Positions 53,604 to 64,000 of a stretch of DNA of 64,000 nucleotides are shown in pieces. The DNA comes from an uncultured Acidobacteriota bacterium (GTDB taxonomy: Bacteria > Acidobacteriota > Vicinamibacteria > Fen-336): positions 1,120,001 through 1,184,000 of the forward strand of contig OY970399.1 in the NCBI GenBank assembly GCA_963720545.1, in the 5' to 3' direction. The notes under the pieces are model-generated. The model was not told the DNA's origin. It searched no databases and saw only the letters and a list, made by a program, of their open reading frames with translations. Each line of letters begins with the position of its first letter. Position 1 is the first letter of the stretch. The position numbers and the translations under genes were made by a program.

Positions 53604-54560
53604 CTACCTCCCGAGGTACGGCCCGGAGGGCGCATTACCCCCATGGACGTTCTGGTGGCAGTTCTTGCAGGCGTGCTCCACCGCACGGTTGCTCACCGTC
53701 GGGATCCCCGTGCCACCCACGAGTCTCCCCGCCTGGGTGTTGCTCCCGTCGTACAGCGTTCCTGGGTGGCGCGTGTTCAAGTGGCAGCGCTGACAAAGAA
53801 ACGGCTGCTTGGCCACGAGCATCTTGTCGTGGTTGGAGCCGTGGGGGTCGTGGCACAGGGCGCAGTTCTCCCGCACTGGTGCGTGCTCCCACAGGAACGG
53901 ACCTCGCTTCTCCGTGTGGCATGTCAGGCATCCCTCGGTGATCCACTCTGCCTTGACCATCTTGGGCTTCGAGCCGTCGTGAGGGTCGTGGCAGTCGCTA
54001 CAACCCATCTTTCCCTCCCGTACCGGGTGATGCGAGGCTCGCAAGCTCTTGGCCCGGATCTGCTGATGGCACGTATAGCACGTGTCGACCTCGCGCGCGC
54101 TTTTGAGCTGGCTGCGAAGCGACTTGAAGGCATGAACCGAATGGCAGGATGTGCAACCGACACCACGCCGGTCGTGGACACCCCCGGCCCAGTTCCGTTG
54201 ATGTCCTTTCTCGTGGCATGACAAGCACGTTTCCACCACCTTGGCCGGCTTCATTTCTGCCAGGGATGTTATTGGCCCGGGCTCGCCGTTTTCGAGGACG
54301 GACTTGAGGTGCGCGGTCGCGTCGGCGTGGCAAGACCCGCAACTCCCCTCGAGAGCGGCGTGAGGCGTTCCCTGGGACCCATGCACGGCCTGCTCGTGGC
54401 ACGTCGCGCATTCCTGAGCGTCGATCGTGGACGCGGCCGGGGCCTGCTTCGTGTCCGTGGCTTGAGCCTGCGCGGCTATGGACGAGCCTTCGACCAAGGC
54501 CGACAACAATGCGCCGCCAGCCAGGAAACCCAATGCCAATCCTGCTCGCAGTCCCATCAT
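53604..54560 (-). CDS. Decaheme cytochrome c, DmsE/MtrA/PioA family
   Basis: Ten CxxCH motifs; EKRGPFLWEHAPV, C.NCHQNVHGGNAPSG. Confidence 0.95.
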   Translation of the reverse strand: MMGLRAGLALGFLAGGALLSALVEGSSIAAQAQATDTKQAPAASTIDAQECATCHEQAVHGSQGTPHAALEGSCGSCHADATAHLKSVLENGEPGPITSLAEMKPAKVVETCLSCHEKGHQRNWAGGVHDRRGVGCTSCHSVHAFKSLRSQLKSAREVDTCYTCHQQIRAKSLRASHHPVREGKMGCSDCHDPHDGSKPKMVKAEWITEGCLTCHTEKRGPFLWEHAPVRENCALCHDPHGSNHDKMLVAKQPFLCQRCHLNTRHPGTLYDGSNTQAGRLVGGTGIPTVSNRAVEHACKNCHQNVHGGNAPSGPYLGR

Positions 54561-55107
54561 GAGCGCACCGCGGCCGCCTTTCGAATACGATCCCGTTGAT
54601 GCTCGAAGGCTATTGGTGCACTTTACCCGGAATCAATGGATCGTTTGCATCATGCGGGCCACGGCTGACCCGGTCTTCGCTGACGGCGGTCAGAATGCGC
54701 CCGGAGTGTCCACCGCTCTCCGCGTCGGCCATGTCGGAGAGGTCAGCCCCACTGCTCTCCAGCCGTCGCTGACCCGTCGGTTTTGGTGTGCCTCAGTGCT
54801 CCGCTCGGGACGCTTGCACGGGCTTCACACGGCGCCTGGTGCTGACAACTTGACATGCGAAGCCTGATCAATTGGTCGCCCTCGGCAACAACCAGCACCT
54901 GTACCGTTCCAATGCGCATACCGGGTAGCCCTGCTCCAGGAACCGTGCCAGCGGCCAACGCGGGTGTTGTCATGTGCCAGCAACGCGTTCCAAGCCGTTG
55001 GCCCGCCTGCACGCGCAAAGAACGACGGCTCTGGCGCCGGTGCGCGCAGTTCCTGCGCGAAAGTCAGGGATGCTCGCGGTCGCCGGACCTGGGCTCCTCT
55101 GGTCGGA

Positions 55108-55778
55108 TCAACCTCGTCCGAAAGCAAGCGAGACCGCTTCCAGCTTCGAATGCACACCCAGCTTTTCGAGAATGTTATGGACGTGGTTACGCACCGTCGC
55201 AAGGCTGACGCCAAGCTTGCGCGCAACCTCCTTGTTCGGCATGCCTCGGCGCAATCGACAGGAGGATCTCGCGCTCGCGGCTTGTCAACGGTGGCTCCGT
55301 GGGCGATGGGGGCTCCCACGGGGTCGGGTGCGTCTCGAACCCGGCCGCGATGCGTTTCGAGCCCAGCTGTTCGAGGGCGCGGGCTAGCTTCCGACTTGGT
55401 CGATGGGCTGAAGGATATGCACGAGAGCATACAGATCGGCACGCACGCCCGGTACCTGAACGATCGTCACGTCGACCGACCGCCGTGCTTTCCCGCCAGC
55501 GCAAACGGTCAACTCGAAAGGCGCCAACGGCTCGCCGCACGCAGCCCCGCTTTCACGGGGCAATTCTCATAACAAAACCGGTTGCCGAACACGTCACGTC
55601 CGACCAAGGCGTCGTAGCAGCGCGTACCGAGCACCTCCTCTGCTCTACGTCCGAGGACATCGGCCGCCCCGCTATTGCAGAACACGACGCGGTCACGCGA
55701 ATCCGTCGCAATGGCCGGCGGGTACCCCGATGCCAGCAAGTCCAAGAGTTCGGCTTCGCGCTCGTCGTCCACGCTCAC
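55108..55778 (-). pseudogene. PAS + LuxR HTH transcriptional regulator, frameshifted
   Basis: VVFCNSGAADVLG...GRDVFGNRFCYENC; LTSREREIL...NKEVARKL...TVRNHVHNILEKLGVHSKLEAV across frames. Confidence 0.82.
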
Positions 55779-55794
55779 CTCCGTCCGTCCGAGG

Positions 55795-55810
55795 AGCAAG
55801 CGCCGTGCCA
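55795..55810 (-). promoter_or_regulatory. Sigma-54 -24/-12 promoter
   Basis: TGGCAC-GGCGC-TTGCT, a consensus match, just upstream of the GGAGGT RBS. Confidence 0.7.
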
Positions 55811-55869
55811 GACGTGCCGTGTGTGCTGTCTACTTCGAGGAATGCGGTGAAATGGTGGGTGCTACGTCC

Positions 55870-56035
55870 AGTGCGGTGCTAAAAGAATGCATCCTCCTCG
55901 AAGCGAGCCAACGCAGTTGCTTGAGCGCGAACAAAGGCCGTAACCTCGGTCCGCAACCGAACTCGCCCGGCAAGTGCCAGGAATTCCTCACCGTCGCGAC
56001 GCGTGAGGTTGGCCACCGAACCAACATCGCTCCTG
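55870..56035 (-). pseudogene. C-terminal remnant of a zinc-binding alcohol dehydrogenase
   Basis: SVANLTRRDGEEFLALA...RTEVTAF resembles the C-terminus of that family; no N-terminus upstream. Confidence 0.6.
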
Positions 56036-56193
56036 CCACAATTCGCGGGCGGAGCCCGGCGGCGGCCAGCCGGACGAGGAGTCAGCTTCACGATCGCGGC
56101 GATTCTATCCGCACGCGAACGCATGCGAGCGCCGTGAGGAGATGGTGACCCAGTCACGGTCTGATACGCTCTCCCCCGATCCAAGGGGGAACC

Positions 56194-57403
56194 ATGGGCG
56201 ACGACACACGCAGGCGTGTCCTGAAGTCCATTCTTGCCGCGCCGGCACTCTTCGGTCTGGCACGCGCGCTCCGCGCAGGCGCTCAGGACGACTCGTTGAT
56301 CGCTTCCGCTGCCGAGGCGCGGGATGTGTTCGACTTCGAGCGGCTCGCGCGCACTAAGGTGCCGACCGCCCACTGGGGTTATCTCGCGACCGGCGTGGAC
56401 GGCGATGCGACGCTCCACGCCAACGACGCGGGCTTCGCGAACTACAGCCTGCGCGTGCGGCGGATGGTGGACACATCCCGGATCGACACGTCCATCAGCC
56501 TCTTCGGCACGACCTGGCAGTCGCCGATCTTCCTCGATCCGGTCGGCAGCCAGCGCGCGTTCCACCCGGACGGTGAAATCGCGAGCGCGAAAGCGGCCCG
56601 CGCGCAGAAACGCCTGCAGATCGTCTCGACGGTTGCATCGAACAGCGTCGAAGACGTTAGCGCCGCGCGCGGCGAGCCGGTTTGGTATCAGCTCTACCCC
56701 ACCGACCAGTGGCCCGTGACCCAGGCACTCGTGCGTCGTGCCGAGGCAACCGGCTGCCCCGTGTTGGTGTTGACGGTTGACCTGCAGGGCGGCTCGAACC
56801 GTGTCACGCTCGCGCGCGCAGTTGCACACGATTCGCGCAACTGTAGCGCTTGCCACGCGGCCAGCACGCGGCTCGCCGTCGAAATCTCACGCAAGCCGAT
56901 GTTCCGGGAGCTCGACGTCACGGCAGTTGAGGACCTGACGCCGCCCGACATGAACTGGGACTACCTCAAGCGCCTGCGCGACATCTGGCCGCGCAAGCTC
57001 GTCGTCAAAGGCCTCGTCACGCGCGAGGACGCGCTGCTCGCGGTCGAGCACGGCGTCGACGGCATCATCGTCTCGAACCACGGAGGGCGTGCCGAGGACA
57101 GCGGCCGAGCTTCGATCGACAGCCTCGCTGAAGTCGCGCCGGCAGTTGCCGGCCGTGTGCCGGTGCTTGTGGACGGTGGGGTGCGTCGCGGCGCCGACGT
57201 TTTCAAGGCGTTGGCGCTCGGCGCCACTGCGGTCGGCATCGGCCGGCCCTACATCTGGGGACTCGCGTCGCTTCGGGCAGGAAGGCGTCGAGCGCGTGCT
57301 CGAGATGCTGCACTCGGAGCTCGCCGGCACCATGCGGCAGGCGGGAACACGCAGCGTGGCCGAGATCGACGCGTCACGCATTGTCGACCGACGGCGGGCA
57401 TGA
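56194..57403 (+). CDS. FMN-dependent alpha-hydroxy acid oxidase/dehydrogenase with Tat-like leader (frameshift near 57270)
   Basis: RRRVLK leader, WYQLY, LTVD, VKG, VSNHGGR, DGGVRRGAD, GRP; C-terminus in the 57089..57403 frame. Confidence 0.88.
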
Positions 57404-58876
57404 GGCGCCGCGAACTCCTGGCAAGCCTGGCTGGCGTCGCGGCATATGCCGGTCGCCACGGTATCGCAAGGCACGAGATCGCTGCACTACTCGAGCCTGG
57501 CGGACGTCGCCAGGCTGATTGCGGCGCGAGAAATCCAGTCGTTCGATCTGACGCAACAACTGCTCGACCGGATCGCCTCCGTGGACCGGCGCCTGCAGAG
57601 TTACGTCACGGTCATGGCCGACCAGGCGATGGCGAGCGCTCGGCGCGCGGACGCTGAGATCCGCGCCGGCCGGTACCGAGGGCCTCTGCATGGGATGCCC
57701 ATCGCGGTGAAAGACCTTTGCTATACGCGCGGCGTTCGCACCATGGCGGGCACCAAGGTCCTGACGGACTTCGTACCCGATTTCGACGCGACCGTCGTCG
57801 CCCGACTCGAAGGTGCGGGTGCGGTCATCCTCGGCAAGCTCGTGCTGTGCGAAGGTGCCTTCGGTCCGTACTTTCCCGGTCTGCAGGTGCCGGTGAACCC
57901 GTGGGACAGCACACGGTGGAGCGGAGTGTCGTCGAGCGGCTCCGGCGTGGCGACGGCAGCCGGCTTGTGCTTTGCGTCGGTTGGTACGGACACCGGGGGC
58001 TCGATCAGATACCCATCGGCCGCGAATGGCTGCGTCGGGCTCAAGCCGACGTATGGCCGGGTGAGCCGCTACGGCGTATTCGCCCTGGCCGCATCCATGG
58101 ATCACGTCGGACCGATGGCTCGCACCGTGGAAGACGCCGCAATCATGTTCGAAGCGATGGCCGGCCCCGATCCCCACGACCCGACGTCGCTGCCGGACGC
58201 GGTGCCCTCGGTACGTGCCGAACTGGGTCGAGGAATCGCCGGCCTGCGCGTCGGTTTCGACCGTCGCTATGCCACCGACAACGTCGACCCTGATGTGGCC
58301 CGGGCGATGGATGACGTGCTCGCGGCGCTGACCCGATTGGGCGCGACCGTCGTGAGCGTCGACATGCCGGACGTCAGCAAAGTCGGCAGCGCGTGGCTCG
58401 ACCTGTGTACGGTCGAGGCGCTTGCCGCCAATGCGAAAACGTTCCCAGCCCGGGCCAGCGAGTACGGGCCGGGGCTGCGCGCCGCGCTCGAGTCTGGTCA
58501 ACGAGTCACTCCCGCGGCGCTGGCGGCCGCCAGGAAGGTTCGAGCAGAAGTGACCGCGTCACTCGAACGCATGCTGAACACCGTCGATTGCCTGGTGTGT
58601 CCGTCGCTGGCGAACAGCGCACGCGTAAAAGAGGCTGATCCGTTCGACGTCGAGACCGAGGAATCGTGGAGCGCTCAGGTCAGGAATGACGTTCACGCCC
58701 AGCCGTTCAACTTCAGCGGCAGCCCCACCCTCTCCGTACCGTGCGGCTTCTCGACGGACGGCCTGCCGCTAAGCGTGCAGTTCGTGGGTCGCCGGTTGAA
58801 CGAATCGGTGTTGTGCCGCGTGGGTCACGCGTACGAGCAGGCGACCCCGTGGCACTCGAGGCATCCGGCCATCTAA
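57400..58876 (+). CDS. Amidase signature family enzyme (probable frameshift in the leader near 57445)
   Basis: GPLHGMPIAVKD, SGVSSSGS, GTDTGGSIRYP; MRRRELLASLAG leader in another frame. Confidence 0.9.
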
Positions 58877-58893
58877 CCGGCGCACAGGTGGAC

Positions 58894-59361
58894 ATGAAGG
58901 CAACACGTCTGGCGATCGTGGTCGCGGTTGGTCTGGCTCTCCAAGGCGCGACCGGCGCGCCCGCTGACCCAAGCAAGCAGGTCACGGCGTTGGTCCCGGC
59001 GGACATTCAGTGGTTCACCCCGCCTTACTACACCGACGGCAGGCAGAGAGCGCTGCTTCGCGGCGATTCATCCAAAGGCGGAGACTGGATCGACAGGGTG
59101 AAAATTCCCGCCGGTTCGCGAGTCCGCTCGCATACGCATCCGGATGACGAAATTCGCACTGTGATCGAAGGTACTTGGTACCTGGGGATTGGGGACCAGT
59201 TCGACGAAACAAAGCTCAAGGCTTATCCGGCTGGCAGCTTCATAGTCATCCCAGCGGAGGTGCCACACTTTGTCGCGACGAGAGAGGGTCCTGTAATCGT
59301 TCAGGCCAGCGGTCACGGCGTTTTTCGGACGACCTACCTGGAAGAGGACAAACCGAAGTAG
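58894..59361 (+). CDS. Secreted cupin domain protein
   Basis: Signal peptide; HTHPDDE.RTVIEG, PAEVPHF. Confidence 0.85.
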   Translation: MKATRLAIVVAVGLALQGATGAPADPSKQVTALVPADIQWFTPPYYTDGRQRALLRGDSSKGGDWIDRVKIPAGSRVRSHTHPDDEIRTVIEGTWYLGIGDQFDETKLKAYPAGSFIVIPAEVPHFVATREGPVIVQASGHGVFRTTYLEEDKPK

Positions 59362-59402
59362 AGCGATGGCGAGCAGATGCGAAAGGCTATGAAACGGGCC
59401 AG

Positions 59403-60293
59403 TTATTTTCGCTGAACGTCAGGCTCTGATACCGGCACGGCGAGGACCGGGCACGAGGCGCCTCGGATCACGCGGTCGGTCTGGCTGCCCAGGATGCGAT
59501 CGCCGAAGCTGTCAGCGCCGCGTGTCGCCATGACGATGGCGCCCGCATCGACTTCCGCTGCGACGCCAATGATCTGGTGCCATGGCACGCCTTGTTCCAC
59601 ACGTGGAGTGACCCGGATGCCGTCGAAGCTCTCGAGCAGTTTGCGCAGCCGCGTTTCTGTCGGCATCTCGCCAGAGAGGTCGTGGAGGTCGGCGTCAGGC
59701 GCCGGTCCAGCGGTCTTCTTGACGTGAACCACGACGACCTCGGAACCAAAAGTGCGAGCTAGCAGATGCGCGTGCGGCAGCGCTGCATCCGACTGCGGGG
59801 AGAAGTCGGTCGCCAATACCACGCGCGCGTAGGGCGTTGCGCCAGGCGCCTTGGCGCGCGCCGGCACAGCGAAGATCGGCGTGTGAGCGGTCCGCAACAC
59901 CTCTCCGGTGACGCTCCCCAGGAAGAAGCTGCCAACGTCTCCGCGGGCGTGCGTCGCCATCACGACGAGGTCGGGAGCGGACGCCGCGACCTGGCGTGTC
60001 ACCGCGAGATCGATCAACCCCGGTCTGCCCGGTTCCGAATCGAGAACGATGGCGGGACGTTCTTCGAACCCGCCGCTGCGTTGTTCGAGCGCCGCGGTGG
60101 CAGCCGCCAGCGCGTCTCGCCTTACTTCCTCCTCGTTCTTGACCCAGTTGAGTACCGCGTCGCCGCGGAGTGAGAGCGCGTGGTACAGCGTTACCTGCGC
60201 TTCGAAGGCGGACGCCAGCACGCGAGCGTGTTCTAGCGCCCGATCCGAAGCAGGGCTGAAATCGACAGGCGCCAGGATCTTTCCTACCCTCAT
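59403..60293 (-). CDS. Tandem universal stress protein
   Basis: KILAPVDFS, FLGSVTGEV, ATDFS, GSQTDRVIRGASCPVL. Confidence 0.9.
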   Translation of the reverse strand: MRVGKILAPVDFSPASDRALEHARVLASAFEAQVTLYHALSLRGDAVLNWVKNEEEVRRDALAAATAALEQRSGGFEERPAIVLDSEPGRPGLIDLAVTRQVAASAPDLVVMATHARGDVGSFFLGSVTGEVLRTAHTPIFAVPARAKAPGATPYARVVLATDFSPQSDAALPHAHLLARTFGSEVVVVHVKKTAGPAPDADLHDLSGEMPTETRLRKLLESFDGIRVTPRVEQGVPWHQIIGVAAEVDAGAIVMATRGADSFGDRILGSQTDRVIRGASCPVLAVPVSEPDVQRK

Positions 60294-60329
60294 GGTGGCG
60301 AGCTTAGCCCGAGTAGTATTCCTGTTCCC

Positions 60330-61730
60330 ATGCTGCTGACGCTCAGGACCACCCACCAGCCGGCGACCGATCTTGGCTACCTGCTGCACAAGAACCCGGC
60401 GAAGCTCCAGAGCTTCGACCTGTCATTCGGCAAGGCGCACGTTTTCTATCCCGAGGCTTCGACGGAGAGCTGCACGGCTGCCCTGCTTCTCGACGTGGAT
60501 CCGATCGGGCTCGTGCGTGGTCGCAAGGGGCCGCCGGGAGAAGGCTTCGTCTTGGATCAGTACGTCAGCGATCGGCCGTATGCCGCCTCCTCATTCCTGA
60601 GCGTTGCGATTGCGCGCGTCCTGGGTTCGGCGCTCGGCGGACGAAGCACGAACCATCAGGAGCTGGCGAACACGCCGATCGCCCTCACCGCGCGGATCTC
60701 CGCCCTGCCCTGCCGCGGCGGCGAGGGATTTCTCCGCTCCCTGTTCGAGCCGCTGGGCTACTCGGTGACGGCCACTCGCCATGCGCTCGACGACCAGTTC
60801 CCGGCCTGGGGCGACAGCGCTTACTTCACCGTGGAACTCGCCGCGCACTGCCGCCTGAGCGACCTGTTGACGCAGCTCTATGTCCTGATACCCGTTCTGG
60901 ACGACGACAAACACTACTGGGTCGGTGAGGACGAGGTCGAGAAGCTGTTGCGGCACGGTGAGGGATGGCTGGCTGCGCATCCACAACGCGACGCGATCGC
61001 CTTTCGATACCTGAAGCATCGCCGCCACCTCATGCGGCAGACGCTGGCGCGTCTCGTGGAGGAGGACCAGGAAGACCCCGATGAGGCGGCACTGGTCCAT
61101 GGCCAGGAAGAGGAAGGCCTGGAGAAGCGCATCAGCCTGAATGAAGAGCGGCTCGCAGCTGTGTTGGCAGCGCTGAAGGCATCGCAAGCAACGCGGGTCC
61201 TGGATCTTGGTTGTGGCGAAGGCAAACTCCTGAAGGCGCTGCTGGCTGAGCGTCAGTTCGAGGAGATTACGGGTGTCGACGTGTCCACCAGAACGCTGGA
61301 GCGGGCCGCCGATCGCCTGAAGCTGGAGCAGCTCCCGCCGAAACAGCGTGAGCGCATCCACCTGTTGCAGGGCGCCCTCACCTACAAGGACAAGCGCCTG
61401 CAGGGTTTCGATGCAGCGGCGGTGGTCGAGGTCGTCGAACACCTCGATCCGTCACGGCTCGACGCTTTCTCCCGAGTCCTGTTCGAGTGCGCGCGGCCGG
61501 GGACAGTCGTCGTCACGACACCCAACGCCGAATACAACGTGCGCTTCGAGGGCCTGCCGGCCGGCACGTTCCGCCACAAGGACCATCGCTTCGAATGGAC
61601 GCGTGCCGAGTTCCAGGAATGGAGCGCCGGTGTTGCGAGTCGTTTTGGTTACGCCGTCCGGCTTGCCCCGATCGGCCCGAGCGACCCCGAGGTCGGCTCG
61701 CCGACTCAGATGGCTGTCTTCACTTGCTGA
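60330..61730 (+). CDS. hen1: 3'-terminal RNA ribose 2'-O-methyltransferase Hen1
   Basis: ATDLGYLLHKNP, DRPYAASS, LDLGCGEG, EVVEH, TTPN.EYN, RHKDHRFEW. Confidence 0.96.
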   Translation: MLLTLRTTHQPATDLGYLLHKNPAKLQSFDLSFGKAHVFYPEASTESCTAALLLDVDPIGLVRGRKGPPGEGFVLDQYVSDRPYAASSFLSVAIARVLGSALGGRSTNHQELANTPIALTARISALPCRGGEGFLRSLFEPLGYSVTATRHALDDQFPAWGDSAYFTVELAAHCRLSDLLTQLYVLIPVLDDDKHYWVGEDEVEKLLRHGEGWLAAHPQRDAIAFRYLKHRRHLMRQTLARLVEEDQEDPDEAALVHGQEEEGLEKRISLNEERLAAVLAALKASQATRVLDLGCGEGKLLKALLAERQFEEITGVDVSTRTLERAADRLKLEQLPPKQRERIHLLQGALTYKDKRLQGFDAAAVVEVVEHLDPSRLDAFSRVLFECARPGTVVVTTPNAEYNVRFEGLPAGTFRHKDHRFEWTRAEFQEWSAGVASRFGYAVRLAPIGPSDPEVGSPTQMAVFTC

Positions 61731-61737
61731 CGCATCG

Positions 61738-64000
61738 ATGAAGGTCACCATTCCCGAGCTTTCCCTTGTCGCGTTGATCGGTCCGACGGGCTCGGGCAAA
61801 TCCACGTTTGCCCGGCAGCATTTCAAGCCCAGCGAGGTGCTGTCGTCGGACTATTGCCGGGGGCTCGTGTCGGATGACGAGAACAGCCAGGCGGCGACCC
61901 GCGACGCCTTCGATGTGCTCTATTTCATCGCTTCGCAAGCGGCTGGCAGCCGCGAGGCTCACCGTCATCGACGCGACCAATGTGCAGCCGGAGGCGCGTA
62001 AGCCCATCGTGGCGCTGGCCCGCGAATACCACTGCCTGCCGGTGGCCATCGTCCTGAACCTGCCCGAGAAGCTCTGCCACGAACGCAACCGCGACCGGCC
62101 CGAGCGCGCGTTTGGTCCGCACGTCGCGCGCCAGCAGGCCCAGAGCCTGCAACGGTCGCTCCGGAACCTGAAGGGCGAGGGGTTCCGCCACGTCTTCGTG
62201 CTGTCGTCGCCGGAAGAGATCGCAGCCGTCGAGATCGAGCGCCAGCCGCTCTGGAACAACCTCAAGCACGAGCACGGGCCCTTCGACATCATCGGGGACG
62301 TGCACGGCTGTCGTGATGAGCTTGTCGCATTGCTGGGTCGTCTTGGATATGCAACGGATGCGAATGGCGTCGTCCGCGGCACCCGTACGCGCGCAAGGTC
62401 GTCTTCCTTGGCGACCTCGTCGACCGTGGTCCGGACACGCCCGGTGTACTGAGGACTGGCGATTGAGCATGGTCGAGGCAGGGACGGCACTCTGCGTTCC
62501 CGGAAACCACGAGATGAAGCTGCATGCGCAAGCTGCGCGGACGGAAGGTCCAGGTCACGCACGGGCTTGCGGAATCCCTCGCGCAGCTCGAGCGCGAGCC
62601 GGCGTGAGTTCACGCAGAAGGTCACGACCTTCATCGACGACCTTGTGAGCCACTACGTGCTCGATGGCGGGAGGCTGGTGGTGGCGCATGCCGGAATGAA
62701 AGAATCGATGCAGGGACGCGGTTCGGGCAAGGTGCGCGACTTCGCACTCTACGGCGAGACCACCGGTGAAACCGATGAGTTCGGGCTGCCGGTTCGATAC
62801 AACTGGGCAGCCGAGTATCGCGGCTCGGCCATGGTCGTCTACGGCCACACGCCGGTGCCGGAACCCGAATGGCTGAACAACACGATCTACATCGACACCG
62901 GCTGCGTCTTTGGCGGGCGCCTCACGGCCCTGCGCTATCCGGAAAAGGAACTCGTTTCGGTGCCGGCGGCCCGGACCTACTGCGAGCCGGCCCGGCCCTT
63001 CCTGACGCCGGAAGCTGAATTGCCGGCGCTCACGGCTCAGCAGGAGCACGACGACCTGCTCGATATCGACGACGTGATGGGCAAGCGAATCGTCGCGACA
63101 CGCCTCCATCACAACGTCACCATCCGGGAAGAGAACGCCATCCCCGCCCTCGAGGTGATGAGCCGTTTCGCCGCGAATCCGAAATGGCTCATCTACCTGC
63201 CGCCCACGATGTCGCCGTCGGAGACGATCGCGCGAACCCGGCCTCCTCGAACACCCGGCCGAGGCCTTCGCCTACTACCGTGCTCATGAAGTTGCGAAGG
63301 TCGTCTGCGAAGAGAAGCACATGGGCTCGCGCGCGGTCGTGATCGTGTGTCGTGACGATGACGCGGCACGGCGGCGCTTCGGTGTCACGGGGCAAGGAAT
63401 CGGCATCGTCTACACGCGAACGGGCCGGCGGTTCTTTCCGGATCACGACACCGAGCGAGCGCTGCTGGATCGCCTGGCTGCGGCCCTGACGGCAACGGGC
63501 CTGTGGGAGGAGTTCAACACCGACTGGTTCTGCATCGACGCGGAGCTGCTGCCGTGGTCGGCAAAGGCGCTCGAGCTGGTCAAGAGTCAGTACGCTGCGG
63601 TCGGAGCAGCGGCTCGTACAGGTTTGCGCGACGCAGTTGCTGCGCTTGCGCACCGCCGCAGAGCGGATCCACGGCGCCGAGCGACGCTTGATGCGAGAGG
63701 TACCGCGACCGCGAGTCGCGGGCGATCGGCATACGTCGACGCCTATCGCCACTACTGCTGGCCGGTGGAGTCGCTCGCCGACTTGAAGCTCGCGCCCTTT
63801 CACCTGCTGGCTTCAGCCTGCGGCGTCCATGTCGACCGCGACCATTCGTGGCACATGGAGACGCTCGCGAGAGTCTGCGCCGCGGAGCCGGAGATCCTTC
63901 TCGCTACGCCCTATCGCGTCATCGACCTCGGCGATCAAGCGAGTCAGGATGCCGCTCTCGCGTGGTGGATTGAGCTGACGAGCCGCGGCGGCGAGGGCAT
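61738..64000 (+). pseudogene. pnkp: Polynucleotide kinase-phosphatase-ligase Pnkp (many frameshifts, runs off window)
   Basis: GPTGSGKST, DATN, IGDVHG, GDLVDRG, GNHE, YGHTP, DTGCVFGG, YLPPTM, CEEKHMGSRA. Confidence 0.93.

Larger units (their letters stand above)
41263..64000. mobile_element. Putative genomic island downstream of tRNA-Thr (no integrase in window)
   Basis: Visibly weaker GC3 bias, accessory genes, gene remnants and frameshifts after the tRNA. Confidence 0.45.

Noticed and set aside
54622..54637. FNR-like box upstream of the decaheme gene
   Set aside because: Only one half-site (ATCAA) matches, and spacing to a candidate -10 is not convincing
44376..64000. Selenocysteine read-through or programmed frameshifting explaining the broken genes
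   Set aside because: Breaks are frame changes at scattered sites, not in-frame TGA at Cys positions, and no shared slippery motif was seen

Overview
High-GC bacterial chromosome segment. Gene content and style suggest Acidobacteriota, possibly Vicinamibacteria (inference only). Bases 1 to ~41.3 kb are mostly intact core-type genes: a TPR protein, an LPS-related operon, a TPR-CHAT protease divergent from an ECF sigma/anti-sigma operon, purH, selA, a partial complex I operon (nuoA, fused nuoEF, H, J, K, L, M, N), egtB/egtD, pyk, an M28 peptidase, a class A PBP, tRNA-Val(CAC), two PilZ-like genes, apaG, a VKOR-DsbA fusion, ridA and tRNA-Thr(CGT). After tRNA-Thr the codon style changes and many genes are frameshifted, either from assembly errors or real decay. 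This island-like part holds a PGM1-like ATP-grasp ligase and a low-oxygen/stress gene set with sigma-54-like promoters. It also holds a full porin-cytochrome electron conduit (decaheme MtrA-like, MtrB-like porin, monoheme c, tetraheme NapC/NirT), a Tat-type FMN alpha-hydroxy-acid oxidase with a CxxCH insert, and a Hen1-Pnkp RNA repair pair. The best candidates for undescribed biology are the membrane-anchored caspase-like CHAT protease/ECF module and the electron conduit with its neighbouring flavoenzyme. A palindromic REPIN-like element and recurrent leaderless-type -10 boxes are also notable. All calls come from reading motifs by eye; no database searches were run.
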